Shown in pieces: positions 51,944 to 64,000 of a stretch of DNA of 64,000 bases (within the stretch, counting starts at the first letter, position 1; every line of letters begins with the position of its first letter). Under the pieces are notes generated by a model that did not search any database, was not told the origin of the DNA, and saw nothing but the letters and a program-made list of their open reading frames with translations. The stretch covers positions 8,342,052 to 8,406,051 of the forward strand of contig NC_068989.1 in assembly GCF_001194135.2 (NCBI RefSeq). The letters run 5' to 3'. The DNA comes from Octopus bimaculoides. Its lineage: Eukaryota. Made by a program: the position numbers and the translations under genes.

Positions 51944-53210
51944 CCCCCTACGCATACACATACGTTCACGTGCTTACATGTATACAGGTACGTATATTTA
52001 TGCATTTAATTCTATATATTTTTGTGCATGTGATTAAATTACATATGTGTGTGAATGTGTGTATATATATNNNNNNNNNNNNNNNNNNNNNNNNNNNNNN
52101 NNNNNNNNNNNNNNNNNNNNNNNNNNNNNNNNNNNNNNNNNNNNNNNNNNNNNNNNNNNNNNNNNNNNNNNNNNNNNNNNNNNNNNNNNNNNNNNNNNNA
52201 TATATATATATATATATATATAATCTACATGAATAAGTATTCATGCATTTAAATTTCCGTTCTTAGGTAGAGTAAAAGAAACATTTACAAGATCTGACAA
52301 AACGTTTTTAGAACAATTGCGATTTCGACAAAACCACATATCTTGAAGTCATCTTGTGTCAGCGAGACGCCTTCTCCTTGACCCTTACTGCCTATTTTCG
52401 CGCATAATCTTTATTTCATTTCCTTGTAGAAAACCATAGGATACACATTGCTATGATTTCTACTTGTATTGCGTATACTACATTTCTTGTTTCATTTGCT
52501 GATATGCTGAAGACTTGGCTGTACTGCCAGGCATATTGTGAAAACAATGACATCAATGTTGCAAGTATAGCGTTGAAGTAGAATACCATACAATGCTCTA
52601 TAGTACAACGCAGTCTAACTGGCTATATTCTCTTACCCAATTATTCAATAACAGCTTTCCCCGATCAGCATACATCTCTTTTAGATTTAATCTCTCCACT
52701 TTCTTTTCTTTCTAAGATGACATCTCCCTGGAAACAATATCCAGCCTGCACTTGTTCGCGACTTATTTCTGCCTTTGAGATCTTTGCAGACTCTAATAAC
52801 ATCCAATACTTCAGATTAGATTTCAACAGTATATCTCACGCTACTTTCATTTCCTGGTGTCACTTATAGATAAGAACAGTCATTAAGTAGCAAACACAAA
52901 ATCCCGCAGACTTAGATAGTGGAGGGCTTTATTAAACGAAACTCCTCCCATAAGGATGTTTTAGCAGACGGAGTTGTCAGTATTGTACGATGGGGTTGAA
53001 AAACCATGCAACCTACGAATGTGTCGCTAAGAGTACTTTTCAAAAACCGTACCAAATATTTACCCATTAAATTATATAAGTTAGAAGTAACCACACTCAC
53101 TCTCTCTTTTACTGTCACTTTTTCTTAATTTCGTTCACATACACAAACATTCATGCAAAAATATATGGATATATATAATTGCACATACACGTACGTGCGA
53201 ATATACATAA

Positions 53211-53242
<32 letters not shown>

Positions 53243-53625
53243 AACATAAATATGCAACATATCTATATATGAGTATGTGTGAATGCGCATCAATATATAT
53301 GTACCACATTAAATATAGTGCTGAAGTAGTGACTGTTAAGGCTATAGCAAAATATATTGATTGTACATATTACACAGATAATTAGAGGAAATAACCACCC
53401 CAGGTTCTAGGCTAGTCTTGCGATAATAACATAAAGATTGGTGAATTATATTATATTCAAGCAGCCTCTAGATTTAAAGTGTTGCTACTCTGTGTATCAG
53501 TTAGTTTAAACTTCATAAGAACATATAGACATGCTCGCACATAAGCACAGACCAAGAACATCAAAACTCACACACGCACAGACACACAGCCAACTGACTG
53601 AAACAACTACGAGATATATGTATGC

Positions 53626-53689
<64 letters not shown>

Positions 53690-53728
53690 GTACATACATG
53701 CACACATACATATATATAGATAGACATA

Positions 53729-54974
53729 TCAGGTCATTAAGAATGAAATGCCCGATTTTCTTATGCACCAAATCTGACAGTCGTTAACTCTAATGTTTTA
53801 TCCTAACAATTCTTTGTTCTACAACACTGAAGAGTTACATCATCACTTTTAGAAATGCAGTTTATGGTGTCTGATTTATATTGTGAGTTTTATCTTGTAA
53901 ATCAATTTTTGTGAACCCATGGATAGATAAAAAGATTCGTGTTTTTTTATGAACATGAGTTCTGTCATGGAACCAATGCATCCCAGACAGCTCGAAATAT
54001 AAATAAGATGCTTAATAAAGATGTGGCGAATGAGCGCGCTGTACGTCAATGGTGTGAGAAGAACCGGCCTGGTGACTTTACTCTTGAAAATCTTCCCCGT
54101 GGTAGACTTGAGACCAAGGTGGATAATGATGAGCTGGAAACTGTAGGAGAAGCGGATACACTTCAAATTACGCGTGAGGTAGAAGCAAGGTTTGATGTTT
54201 AGATTCCAAGTGTCTTGGACCATCTCAAGCCATTCGGCGGGGTAAAGAAACCAGACAGGTCGATAACGCACAAACTGAACGAGCATCAAATAACACGTCG
54301 TCTTGAAACTTGCTGTCACAGATTAAACGCGAATCATTTTTGCATCGTATTATGTTTAATTAAAAATGGATTCTTTTCAACAATATCAAACTTTCTTCCC
54401 GATGGTTGGAGAGAGACGAATTGCCAAAAAGCAATCCAAAGAGAATATTCACCAAAAAAATTTAATGGTGTCTGTTTGGTAGTCCAGCGCTGGTGTCATC
54501 CACTACAGCTTCATGAGACCCGGTAAGTCAATTACAACGGATGTAAACATCAGCCAGTTGGATGTAATGATGAGTGAATCTACAATTAAACAACCAAGAT
54601 TGGTCAACAGAGTGAGGCCAAATATTTTGGAAGACAATGCTTGACCACATGTTGCACAAAGAACGCTCCTCAAGTTACAGGAACTGAACTCGGAAATATT
54701 CTGTCATAGTCACCAAACCCTACACCAACTGACTATCACGTTTTCCAGGCATTAGACAACATTTTGCAAGGAAAAAACTTCAAATCTGAAGAAGATGCAA
54801 ACAGCCTTTCGTGACTCCATTACCACTTGCTCTCCAGAATTCTTCGCTGCCGGCACAAATAAGCTACCGATACAATGGAAATTTCTGTGCAGAGTTTGAT
54901 TCACAGCATTGCTTTTTGTTCAAATTAAGTAAATAAACTTTCAGTTCAAAATTGTACATTTCATTCTTAATGAC

Positions 54975-54978
<4 letters not shown>
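53729..54978 (+). mobile_element. Full-length degenerate mariner (cecropia/Hsmar1-like), 1250 bp
   Basis: It has perfect 22-bp TIRs TCAGGTCATTAAGAATGAAATG (53729-53750 and rc 54957-54978), flanked by TA. Transposase remnants are EF..G.NASQTARNINK...ANERAVRQW...GR.ETKVDNDEL and PTDYHVFQALDNILQGK, with frameshifts. Confidence 0.92.

Positions 54979-55054
<76 letters not shown>
54979..55054. repeat. (TA)n microsatellite at mariner right end
   Basis: Directly visible. Confidence 0.95.
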
Positions 55055-55056
<2 letters not shown>

Positions 55057-55619
55057 CATATATATGTCTCAAACGTGGACTGCTGGCGATTTTTCCCTCT
55101 TCTTCCTACTTTCATTTTGTACCTTTCTGTTTGTACTGTTCGAAGAAGAGATATGCTTGAAACGTAAACAACCACTCTCTTCATTCTCTGAGCGTCATAA
55201 TATATTGCTTGTGCTATGTTCTCCCGTTTGTTTGATTTGTGTTTTGTCTTTTTTCTCTGTTTTTTGAATTGACTACATACACATAAAGATATGTCTCTAT
55301 TTACATATAAACATGTGCGTGCATGTATACATATATATACATATATATATATATATATACATACATACATACATACATACATATACACATAAACATCTAC
55401 TTATATACACATATGCACCTAAACATCTACATAAATAATCAGTGAGGAGAGAGGGTGACATATGAAAAAGGGAAACAAAATAATTGTAGAGATGGTTGAA
55501 AAGATTAATATAAATTTGACTTGTATTTATTTAATTGGATATTTTAAAGCGTCACCATACTGGCTATCTTCGATCTATGGTGTGGTATTTATGTTTATAT
55601 GCACATTGTCTATCTATCT

Positions 55620-55665
<46 letters not shown>

Positions 55666-55690
55666 GCCTGTGTGTGTGAGACTATGTAAG

Positions 55691-55733
<43 letters not shown>

Positions 55734-57258
55734 AAACTTTTATTGTTCCTTCTTTGTTTCCATATTGATAGAATACGAAAGAATTTGAATCATAATGTTT
55801 CAATGAATTCCTTCTGGCTCATCAAGGAGTTATTATTTTTGTGATTTATCTTACTCCATCTGTGGTTTATATAGCGTATATCTTTTTTATATTTCTGTTT
55901 TCTTATTTCTTAGATCGGGGATTAGATTAGCGTAAAAAAGGAAATAAGGGAAAAAAGCAGCAATGAAAGGAAAGACGATTAAACAATAAAAATTTTAAAT
56001 TAAAATAAAATAACCCTAAAATATTTCACGAATATTTTTCAACATTTTCTAATATTTTTATATTTTGTCTCTTTGGAAATTAAAAAAGTTAATCTTGTAA
56101 AATTATTGTTGAAGGGAAATAACAAATAAATGTAAGACCATATATAAAGAAGAAAATTGTTTTTTCAATAAAGGAAATATATAAATATGAAATTTAACAT
56201 CAGCAGATTTGAAGTTTTGACAATAGCTGTGAATTAAATCATGAAATATTCCTGGCCAAAACATATAATTATAGGGAAACAATCTATAGCGAATAATTAA
56301 ATTGAATGTTAGGTGTATGGTGAATTGTGAATTAGGAATAAATTAGATAAATGTATTTAATCTCAAAACAACAAGCACCACGGATAATGATGATGACAGT
56401 GATAGCAACGTCAACAGCAACAATAAAATTCATAACGGCATTGTACATGATGATGATGATGACGATGATAATGATGACGATGATGATGGTGGCCATGATG
56501 CTGATGTTGATGATGATGGTAATAGGTTAATTGTTATATTACATATTCTTCCCAGACGCATAATCTATATCTGGTCTACATTTTCATTATCAAGACCAAT
56601 TTGCATTCCTCCGGCTATAATAATCACACGCTTCCTTCAGTTTTTTCTTCTTTTTTTCCAATAATAAACTAAGAATATTAAAATTGCAATAATGGTAATT
56701 ATTATGGTTTTTATTATTGCTTTGGCCTGGCTAAATGGCCACGTATCTTAATTGTTTTGAACCATACATTCCCTCTCCGTCAAAACTGTCCTTTCTTTGT
56801 CTCTTTTATACAAACCGACACTAGAGCATTAACTCGGACAAAGTTAGATTGGAAGTAACACTGACGGTGGTATGCTGGAAGTAAATATGCGTCCGATTGT
56901 AACTGTTTCTAGGTTACCGTCATCACTACCTAAAGAGCACAACATAGGACGGAACCACGCGAATAACTACAAAAGTAAAACTGCTATCACTTGTTCTTTG
57001 GCTTCTCTGTACTCATATGCTAGAACGCTATGGAGGTAGTGGTATTTCACTGTCACAGATATATCTGATACCTAGATTCCTGCAGCGAAAAGGATCGGAA
57101 ATTATCGATGATTCGTTGCCAGTGAGCGAAATTGATTTTAGTGAATATGGCGTGGACAGAACTATATTTACCTTTCAGGGAGAACATATTTAATTCCAGT
57201 AACCTCAAAACTACCTAAAGTAGCATCCAGTCTCACATCGGAATAACCTGTTCCTAGA

Positions 57259-57632
57259 TCATGGTTCTCAACCAGGGTTCATATGACTTCTGGGGCATAT
57301 GTAAGATTTTTAGGGGTTTAAGTAATCAAAATAGTAAATGAACCCCTGTCCATTAAAAAAAATGTTACATAACATGTATTTATTGCATGAAATAAATAGG
57401 TTTCTTTCTGTCACGTCTTACATAGTTCAACATGTTTCCAGTCACGGAAATATATCTCGCAGCCACTTCTTTTGAAAACCTATACAAGTGAATGGTGGAA
57501 ACACAAAATAGGATTTTTCAAAGAAGTATCTATAAAACTAGTTCTTAAACATCGAAATGCAATGGGGTTCACCAGAGTAAATCTGTAATCAAAAGTCTAT
57601 CAACAAAAATAAAAATGGGTTGAGATTCCTTG
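57259..57632. mobile_element. hAT (Charlie-like) MITE, old
   Basis: Termini tcatggttctcaacc and rc caaggaatctcaacc resemble CAGGGGTTCTCAACC-type hAT TIRs. An 8-bp TSD is not recognisable. Confidence 0.45.
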
Positions 57633-59878
57633 TCCAAAATAGAAATTACGAGAGGAACTCGTGGACCTTCACTTAGAAGCCGGGCGTACAGCGCCCCAGT
57701 TCACCACCTGTGTTATTTGCTTCTTAATAATTGTTGATTCTACACTGCGTTCTGGCATTCTTTTCACCAGGTTTATTTTTCCTCGTTTAGTTCCTAGTAA
57801 CAGACATCATCAGCCATCCCCACGGATGATCCGACCACATAACAGGTTGTGCTGGATTATCTGCAAATGTTTAACATATTGTATTTCTTCCTTTGTTTTA
57901 TTTTGAACGTCTACATTTCTAGTATACCATCGTTTCTAATTAGTGTGTAGTTGTCCTTTGTGATTTCTATATCCTGTGCGTAAGTTTTAATGCATATTAT
58001 AAGATCACATCCATCGAAATAAGATCAATCTGCTCTAAGTTTAGTATTAATTGGAATGCTGGGTGTTATATGTCATAATGTAAAGAAATTTTAGTGAATT
58101 ATGATTGCAAAGATGTCTTGAATGATGCTAGGCGATTTTTCGTTCAATAAAATTTTTAAATGTAATTTAGGATGCAGTACAGAAATTCCAAATTCTTTTG
58201 TGTCCAATTTACAAAGTTCATTTCTATGTGTAAAATGTGTATAAACATATAAATTATGTAATTTTCTAGAGAATTTCAAAACGCTTTATTTGGTGGCATT
58301 TGAGCGAAAATGTTGTCGAGTTGAAAATATATTTATCGTTATAAGTGTTTCAGTGTTTGCTTTGTGCAGACGATCGACTCTTCCGTCCTCTGACCACGTT
58401 TGAATGTGCTTCTGAGAAATAGCCGCGTTTCCCACGTACACTCCACTTGGCAAGCCTTCTCTGCCATAACAGTTCTGTTTTATCTTTCTTTCCATTTTTT
58501 TATGGTTGGGCGGCATATTATATTCCGTACTGAATACCTTGAATATGTAACTTGTTTCTAAAACGATTAGATAGTATATAATGAAGATGTGGCTCTAATG
58601 TTTTGCCGTTCGTAAATGCATCTTCATTTGCTTGATCTTTGGTGGTTTATTTATTGTTACACAACTTAGCGAGCTGCAGAGAATACGAACATCTCAACGA
58701 AAAACAAAGAAACATGTAATTTAATAAGCTTTCAAATAGCTTGAAGTTGAATTTGTAGAAAGAATTAGGTGAAAATGGTTGATTAAGAAGCAGAGTTCGA
58801 TTTATATTTGCGACTGTGAATTTGTTCAACAAGTGGAAGTTACAATCCTTGATGGAATCAATAAAGCGAGATGTTGCGATAATGTTTGGATGGCTTTTCT
58901 TTATCGAACTGTGTGTGTAATTTTGCTTTGTACAACACCTGTACTTAGGATAATATTGAGTTCCTTTAGCTTCATTCTCCCATTATACAGGGTTCACATT
59001 GGTTTTGTGTATGAATGACTACCCACACAAATCAACAAAAAGCAGAGATATCATACGAACCCAGCGGGAACTAGCTATTCATTGACTGTGTGGAGACCTG
59101 GAAAATTACCAGTTTCAGTTTTATAACTGTGTTGCAAGCAAAACGACTTTTCTCTATTTCCTGATTTCGATATTTTAGCATTCTAGTATCGATCAGCCAG
59201 CCTTCAGTAACACTCACTTGCTATACATGAATAGAATACTGAATAGAAGTTTGAAAGAAAACCTCTGCCTAATCATTAGACTTCGATCAAGATTTTATCA
59301 GATACCTTACAATTCTTTTCGCTCCATCTAAAGACCCAACTGATATGCATGTTCTGTATTCTTTGTCCTTAATTCTTCGGCAACAATTTGCATATAATTC
59401 ACCACGTGACACGTATTTCTAAGAAGGAAAAGATTAATAGTATTTTTAATTTGTCTTCTGAACATGAAGCTAAATGTAGACAGTGGTGTGAAAACTTGAT
59501 TTTTCCTAATAGAAATTATTTCAGCAAAATTACATTGATTTAGAACACAATAGAATAGCTCAGCCCCGAGATGCATTAAACGATACAAAAGATATGATAG
59601 AAACTTGATGGTTTTCTTAAGAATATTGGTTTTCGGAGAGTAATGCAAAACTATTAGAGGGAATCATAATTCAACGGAGATATGTATTATGGAAGTTTAG
59701 CGCAAATATTTAAAATTATATAAACATATTTCCGAAATGAGAGTTTACTTCAGATTAGGATATTGACAATATGCAGCTGAACTACTTTCCATTCTATCCA
59801 CTAACCTCTGGCTGTCACTCTCTTTCCCGATACTCCATACAAGCATATGCACATATATATACAGGTATAAGCTCACAC

Positions 59879-59954
<76 letters not shown>

Positions 59955-59956
59955 CT
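59879..59956. repeat. (TCTA)n microsatellite
   Basis: Directly visible. Confidence 0.95.
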
Positions 59957-60077
59957 ATACATATAAATATACATACATACACACGCACGCACGTACATAG
60001 ATATTGACATGACAGAAACGGATAAAACGATAGACGGATTACATGGAGATATAAACAGATAGATAGATAGATAGATA

Positions 60078-60384
60078 GGCACACTGTGTGGAGAGAAGCT
60101 TGCTTCCCAACTATATGGTCTTGGGTTCAGTCCCACTGTGTGGCACCTTGGGCAAGTATCTTCTATATATTCGGGTCGACCAATGATTTGTGAGTAGATT
60201 TGATAAACGGACACTGAAAGAAGCCCGTCATATATATATATGTGTGTGTGTGTGTGTGTATGTGTGTGTGTTTTTGTGTGTGTGTATGTGTATAATTATG
60301 CGTGTCTGTTTGTCACCCCGCCCCTTGTGTTTACGTCTCCGTAAATTAGCGGTTCGGCAAAAAAACCCGATAGATTAAGTACTA
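60078..60384 (+). mobile_element. SINE family A
   Basis: Head gcttgcttcccaac...gggttcagtcccactgtgtggcaccttgggcaag, internal TA/TG repeat, and tgtttacgtctccgtaaattagcggttcggcaaaa...gatagattaagtact. Confidence 0.85.
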
Positions 60385-60650
60385 CATTATTTACATTATT
60401 TACAATTGACGGATATTTGTCCTCATCTTGTTTGTTGTTAACACAATGTTTCGGCTGATATACTCTCCAGCTTTTATCAAGTGTCTTGGGGAAATTTCGA
60501 ACCTGAGTTCTCATTCTTAAGGTATTTTTCAATGTTCTTATTATTTAGGTCACTGCCTGGACTCGAACTCGGTATCTTGGGGTTAAGAGCGCGGGCTACT
60601 AACCCCAACATTCCGTGTTCCATTCCAGACAGTGACCTGAAAAATAATAA
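60385..60650 (-). mobile_element. tRNA-headed, hammerhead-tailed short retroelement (copy 2; ribozyme decayed, head folded back)
   Basis: The rc reads ...taaccccaagataccgagttcgagtccaggcagtgacc (B-box GTTCGAGTCC), then taaataataagaacattgaaaaataccttaagaatgagaac, then a tail homologous to 7836-7960. The ribozyme core reads UUGAUAA...GAAACAUU. Confidence 0.75.
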
Positions 60651-61444
60651 TTATGATGAGATGAGAAAGCTAATGGAAAGATGAGAAAGCTAAATAAATG
60701 GAAGCAAGCAAAGAATGATAGGTAAATAAAGAAAAGCAATAAAAAGGTCGGCGTTAAGGGAAAGGATAGACAGAGAAAAGTAGGTTTCGTGTTAATGTAA
60801 ACTCATAAGCAAAGCAGGAGAGATGATAATATAACTCACATATTCGGATATGGGGCGGGGGTGCAAGGTACAAAATACTGGCGTTTAAAATTGAAAGTGA
60901 TCTTCTAGAAGAAAAATACGAACGATGACAGGAGTATTTCCACTTGAGAGGAGTAGTTCTTTCTTCATTAATGTATCGTACCGAATTAGTGTCTTTTTTA
61001 AAATTATCGTTTTATTTCTGTCTATTCTTTTAATTCCTTTACATTTAGTTTGAAAACAGTGAAATGTTGCTGAATCCGTGATGAACTTTACAAAATCTAA
61101 GTTAATCTTAGAATTTTTTAATGTAACATATAGTGTAACATTGTTATACTATTTTGTAGTGTAACAATGTTCATGGGATTGATGTTGCTTGAGATCATGT
61201 ATAGACGGAGAGATATATAGCTTGAGATGTAACAAAATGGAGACAAAAATATGTATGTATATATGTATATATATGTGTGTGTAAACACAAAACAAAAACA
61301 GTGAGTCGTGTGCAATGAATAGGTCGTAGGAAATGCAAAGCAGATAAGATTATGTATCAAGTGTACTTTTCTGAAAATAAGATGCAAGGGAAGGAAACAG
61401 GAAAATGAATGGTACGTATTTGATGTACGTGCTTCTGCGACACG

Positions 61445-61476
<32 letters not shown>

Positions 61477-62780
61477 NNNNNNNNNNNNNNNNNNNNNNNN
61501 NNNNNNNNNNNNNNNNNNNNNNNNNNNNNNNNNNNNNNNNNNNNNNNNNNNNNNNNNNNNNNNNNNNNNNNNNNNNNNNNNNNNNNNNNNNNNNNNNNNN
61601 NNNNNNNNNNNNNNNNNNNNNNNNNNNNNNNNNNNNNNNNNNNNNNNNNNNNNNNNNNNNNNNNNNNNNNNNNNNNNNNNNNNNNNNNNNNNNNNNNNNN
61701 NNNNNNNNNNNNNNNNNNNNNNNNNNNNNNNNNNNNNNNNNNNNNNNNNNNNNNNNNNNNNNNNNNNNNNNNNNNNNNNNNNNNNNNNNNNNNNNNNNNN
61801 NNNNNNNNNNNNNNNNNNNNNNNNNNNNNNNNNNNNNNNNNNNNNNNNNNNNNNNNNNNNNNNNNNNNNNNNATATATAATGTGTGTATATGTGTGTGTA
61901 TATATATATGTGTGTGTATATATATATATGTGTATATATATATGTGTGTGTGTATATATATATAATGTGTATATATATATATATATATAAATACATTATA
62001 TATATATATATACTTATTGAAAAATGACCTAATAATCAATATTTGCTGCAATGAAATCAACTCAAAAGATTAACGAGCGAATTATTATTCACAAGAGGAG
62101 GGTCTAGAAAACTACCACTTTCACAATCGGATTAACACAAATCCCCATATAGTTGCTGTTGTAGAAAATAGCACTGGCGAACCAACACCACCTGTACCAC
62201 CACCACCACCACCAGCAACAATAGCAACAGCCACAGACATAATAAGAAAATATAATACCGGAAAGGACAACAAATACACTAACTAGACTTGGGAATTATC
62301 AGAATTGACAATGTGACATTCTTTTGGTTGTAGCTCTAGCACTATGTATGTACGGTAGACATACTAACAGTGAAATTAGATAAATTGCATTCTGGAGACG
62401 TCTTTTGTGATGGAATTTGAGAACAGTGTACAAATATGTAGAACGTATCTGAGAGAAACATGATATTTGTTAGTTTTTGTTAGTTTTTTTTTTATTTTGC
62501 TTATCCTACATCTGGCCTTCTGATCGATGCCAACATTAATTCTGAAAGCAATGTCTCATTTATTGATTAGTTTAACAATACAAATATGTGAGTACTTCTT
62601 TAAAGAATGTGTTCGAGACTTCATAGGTATTTCTCTGGTGAATAAATATTGCTGAGATGTGCTTAAAGTCTCTCTCTCACTCTCTGTATATATATATATG
62701 TACACACACACACATACACACTCACATATATATATATATACACACACACATATATATACACACACACATATATACGCACA

Positions 62781-62850
62781 GGTGGATTTGTTCGACTAAA
62801 GGCGGTGATCCAGCATGGCCGCAGTCAAATGACTGAAACAAGTAAAAGAA
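62781..62850 (+). mobile_element. SINE family A, 3' end
   Basis: Matches the rc of 1-90. Confidence 0.8.
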
Positions 62851-62938
62851 CATACGTGCATGTATGTATAAATATACATGCGTGTGTGCGTATTGAAACG
62901 GATGTAATGAATGGACACCTATATATGTATGCGTGTGC

Positions 62939-62974
<36 letters not shown>

Positions 62975-63109
62975 TATACAGCAGCTCTTTGTATACAAAA
63001 CTTAGACGAGGCAGCAAAAGGTAGAAAGATAGAAATACCGCTGATTGTAAGTACTGGACGAAAAACAGAACGTTTGTCAGACCATGGTCGTGATGAGCAT
63101 ATATGTTGG

Positions 63110-64000
63110 TGGTGGTGGTAGTGGTGGTGGTGGTAAAGATGACTTTGGTAATAGGGAGACGTAGGTGGTGGCGTCTCAAAGGTGACGGCAGTGGTGAGGA
63201 TGATTATGGTGGAGATGAGGTTGATAAAGATAACGGCTGAGATTATGATTGATGATCGAGCTAAAGTACATGGTGATGGTGGTTGTGGTCTGGTGATGGT
63301 GGTTGTGGTCTGGTGATGGTGGTTGTGGTCTGGTGATGATGAGGGTAGTGATGGTGATAATGATGATTATCATCATGGTCATGATCATGGTAATGGAGAC
63401 GGTGTTGCTGGTTGGTCTTACTAGCGTTGGTCAGAAGATGCGTGGCCAGATGGAGGTAGTGATGCCATTTGGTGAAGCTTGAGAGGATGATGATCCACGT
63501 ATGTTATATATGTGATGACGCTGGTCAATACGGTGTTGATCTTGGTGAAGGTGACAGTGGTGGGAGTGATGAAGTTGTTTGCAGAAGAATGTGCCAAAGT
63601 AGAAGATGAAGATGAGGAAGAAGGCGGTAGTCGTGATGCTAATGATGGTAACCACCGCCCCCGCTTATTCATCTGATTGTGATGATGATGATGATGTCGA
63701 TGATGAAAACGACGATGTTGATGAAAACGATGATGATGATAACGACGATGATGATGACGACGTCGACAACGGTGATGATGATAATGACGACGTCGACAAT
63801 GATGATGATGATGACGACGAAGATGATGATAACGTCGACAACAGTGATGATGATGATGACGACGTCGACAACGGTGATGATGATGACGCAGATGATGATG
63901 ACGTCGACAACGGTGATGATGATGATGACGACGTCGACAACGGTGATGATGATGACGAAGATGATGATGACTATCACTATGATGATGATGATGACGACGA
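63110..64000. repeat. Degenerate (GGT)n/(GAT)n region with a 20-bp x3 tandem repeat and a gacgtcgacaacggt(gat)n minisatellite
   Basis: tggtgatggtggttgtggtc occurs three times at 63271-63330. gtcgacaac recurs at 63762, 63834, 63864, 63903 and 63933, with gtcgacaat at 63792. Confidence 0.9.
63606..64000 (+). CDS. Candidate Asp-rich secreted protein ORF (open to window edge; may be a repeat artefact)
   Basis: From ATG 63606 the frame is stop-free to 64000: MKMRKKAVVVMLMMVTTAPAYSSDC-DDDDDVDDENDDVDENDDDD...DVDNGDDDD...YHYDDDDDD. Confidence 0.2.
   Translation, partial: MKMRKKAVVVMLMMVTTAPAYSSDCDDDDDVDDENDDVDENDDDDNDDDDDDVDNGDDDNDDVDNDDDDDDEDDDNVDNSDDDDDDVDNGDDDDADDDDVDNGDDDDDDVDNGDDDDEDDDDYHYDDDDDD

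Noticed and set aside
52380-52880. Possible APE-type LINE RT relic (NYRPxxL- and GF..G-like codons on the minus strand)
   Set aside because: Too degraded to support without an alignment search.
56940-57195. Open frames with protein-like composition (also 4040-4150 minus, 17830-17960 minus and 58286-58516 minus)
   Set aside because: No recognisable domain and no paired strong splice sites; their lengths are expected by chance.
60548-60600. Functional tRNA gene
   Set aside because: It has a B-box and anticodon-like arm, but the 5' half is replaced by an inverted copy and it is fused to a retroelement tail. It is a SINE head, not a tRNA gene.
63271-63330. Three exact 20-bp direct repeats, superficially array-like
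   Set aside because: They are contiguous with no spacers. This is a minisatellite in eukaryotic DNA, not CRISPR.

Overview
AT-rich, microsatellite-saturated eukaryotic DNA with 15 assembly gaps (about 4.0 kb of N). The SINE families and repeat landscape look like an octopus/coleoid cephalopod genome; this is recognition from memory, not a database result. I could not identify a host protein-coding gene, and almost all listed ORFs are microsatellite or N-gap artefacts. What can be supported: three mariner relics, a hAT-like (probably hATm) transposase 3' half, five fragments of restriction-like-endonuclease (R4/Dong-type) LINEs, several MITE-like elements and more than 20 tRNA-derived SINE copies from at least four families. 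The most interesting signal is a short retroelement with a tRNA-like head, a (TAA)n spacer and a Penelope-like tail carrying a minimal type I hammerhead ribozyme. It has one intact core (7871-7916, minus), one decayed copy (about 60440-60485) and one copy truncated at the predicted cleavage site (about 15162). Other leads are a near-perfect 29-bp hairpin inside a SINE (42355-42418), a signal-peptide-like plus Asp-rich ORF running off the right edge (63606-64000), a mariner made of two 5' ends, (TAA)n-targeted LINE nesting and a few weak microexon candidates.
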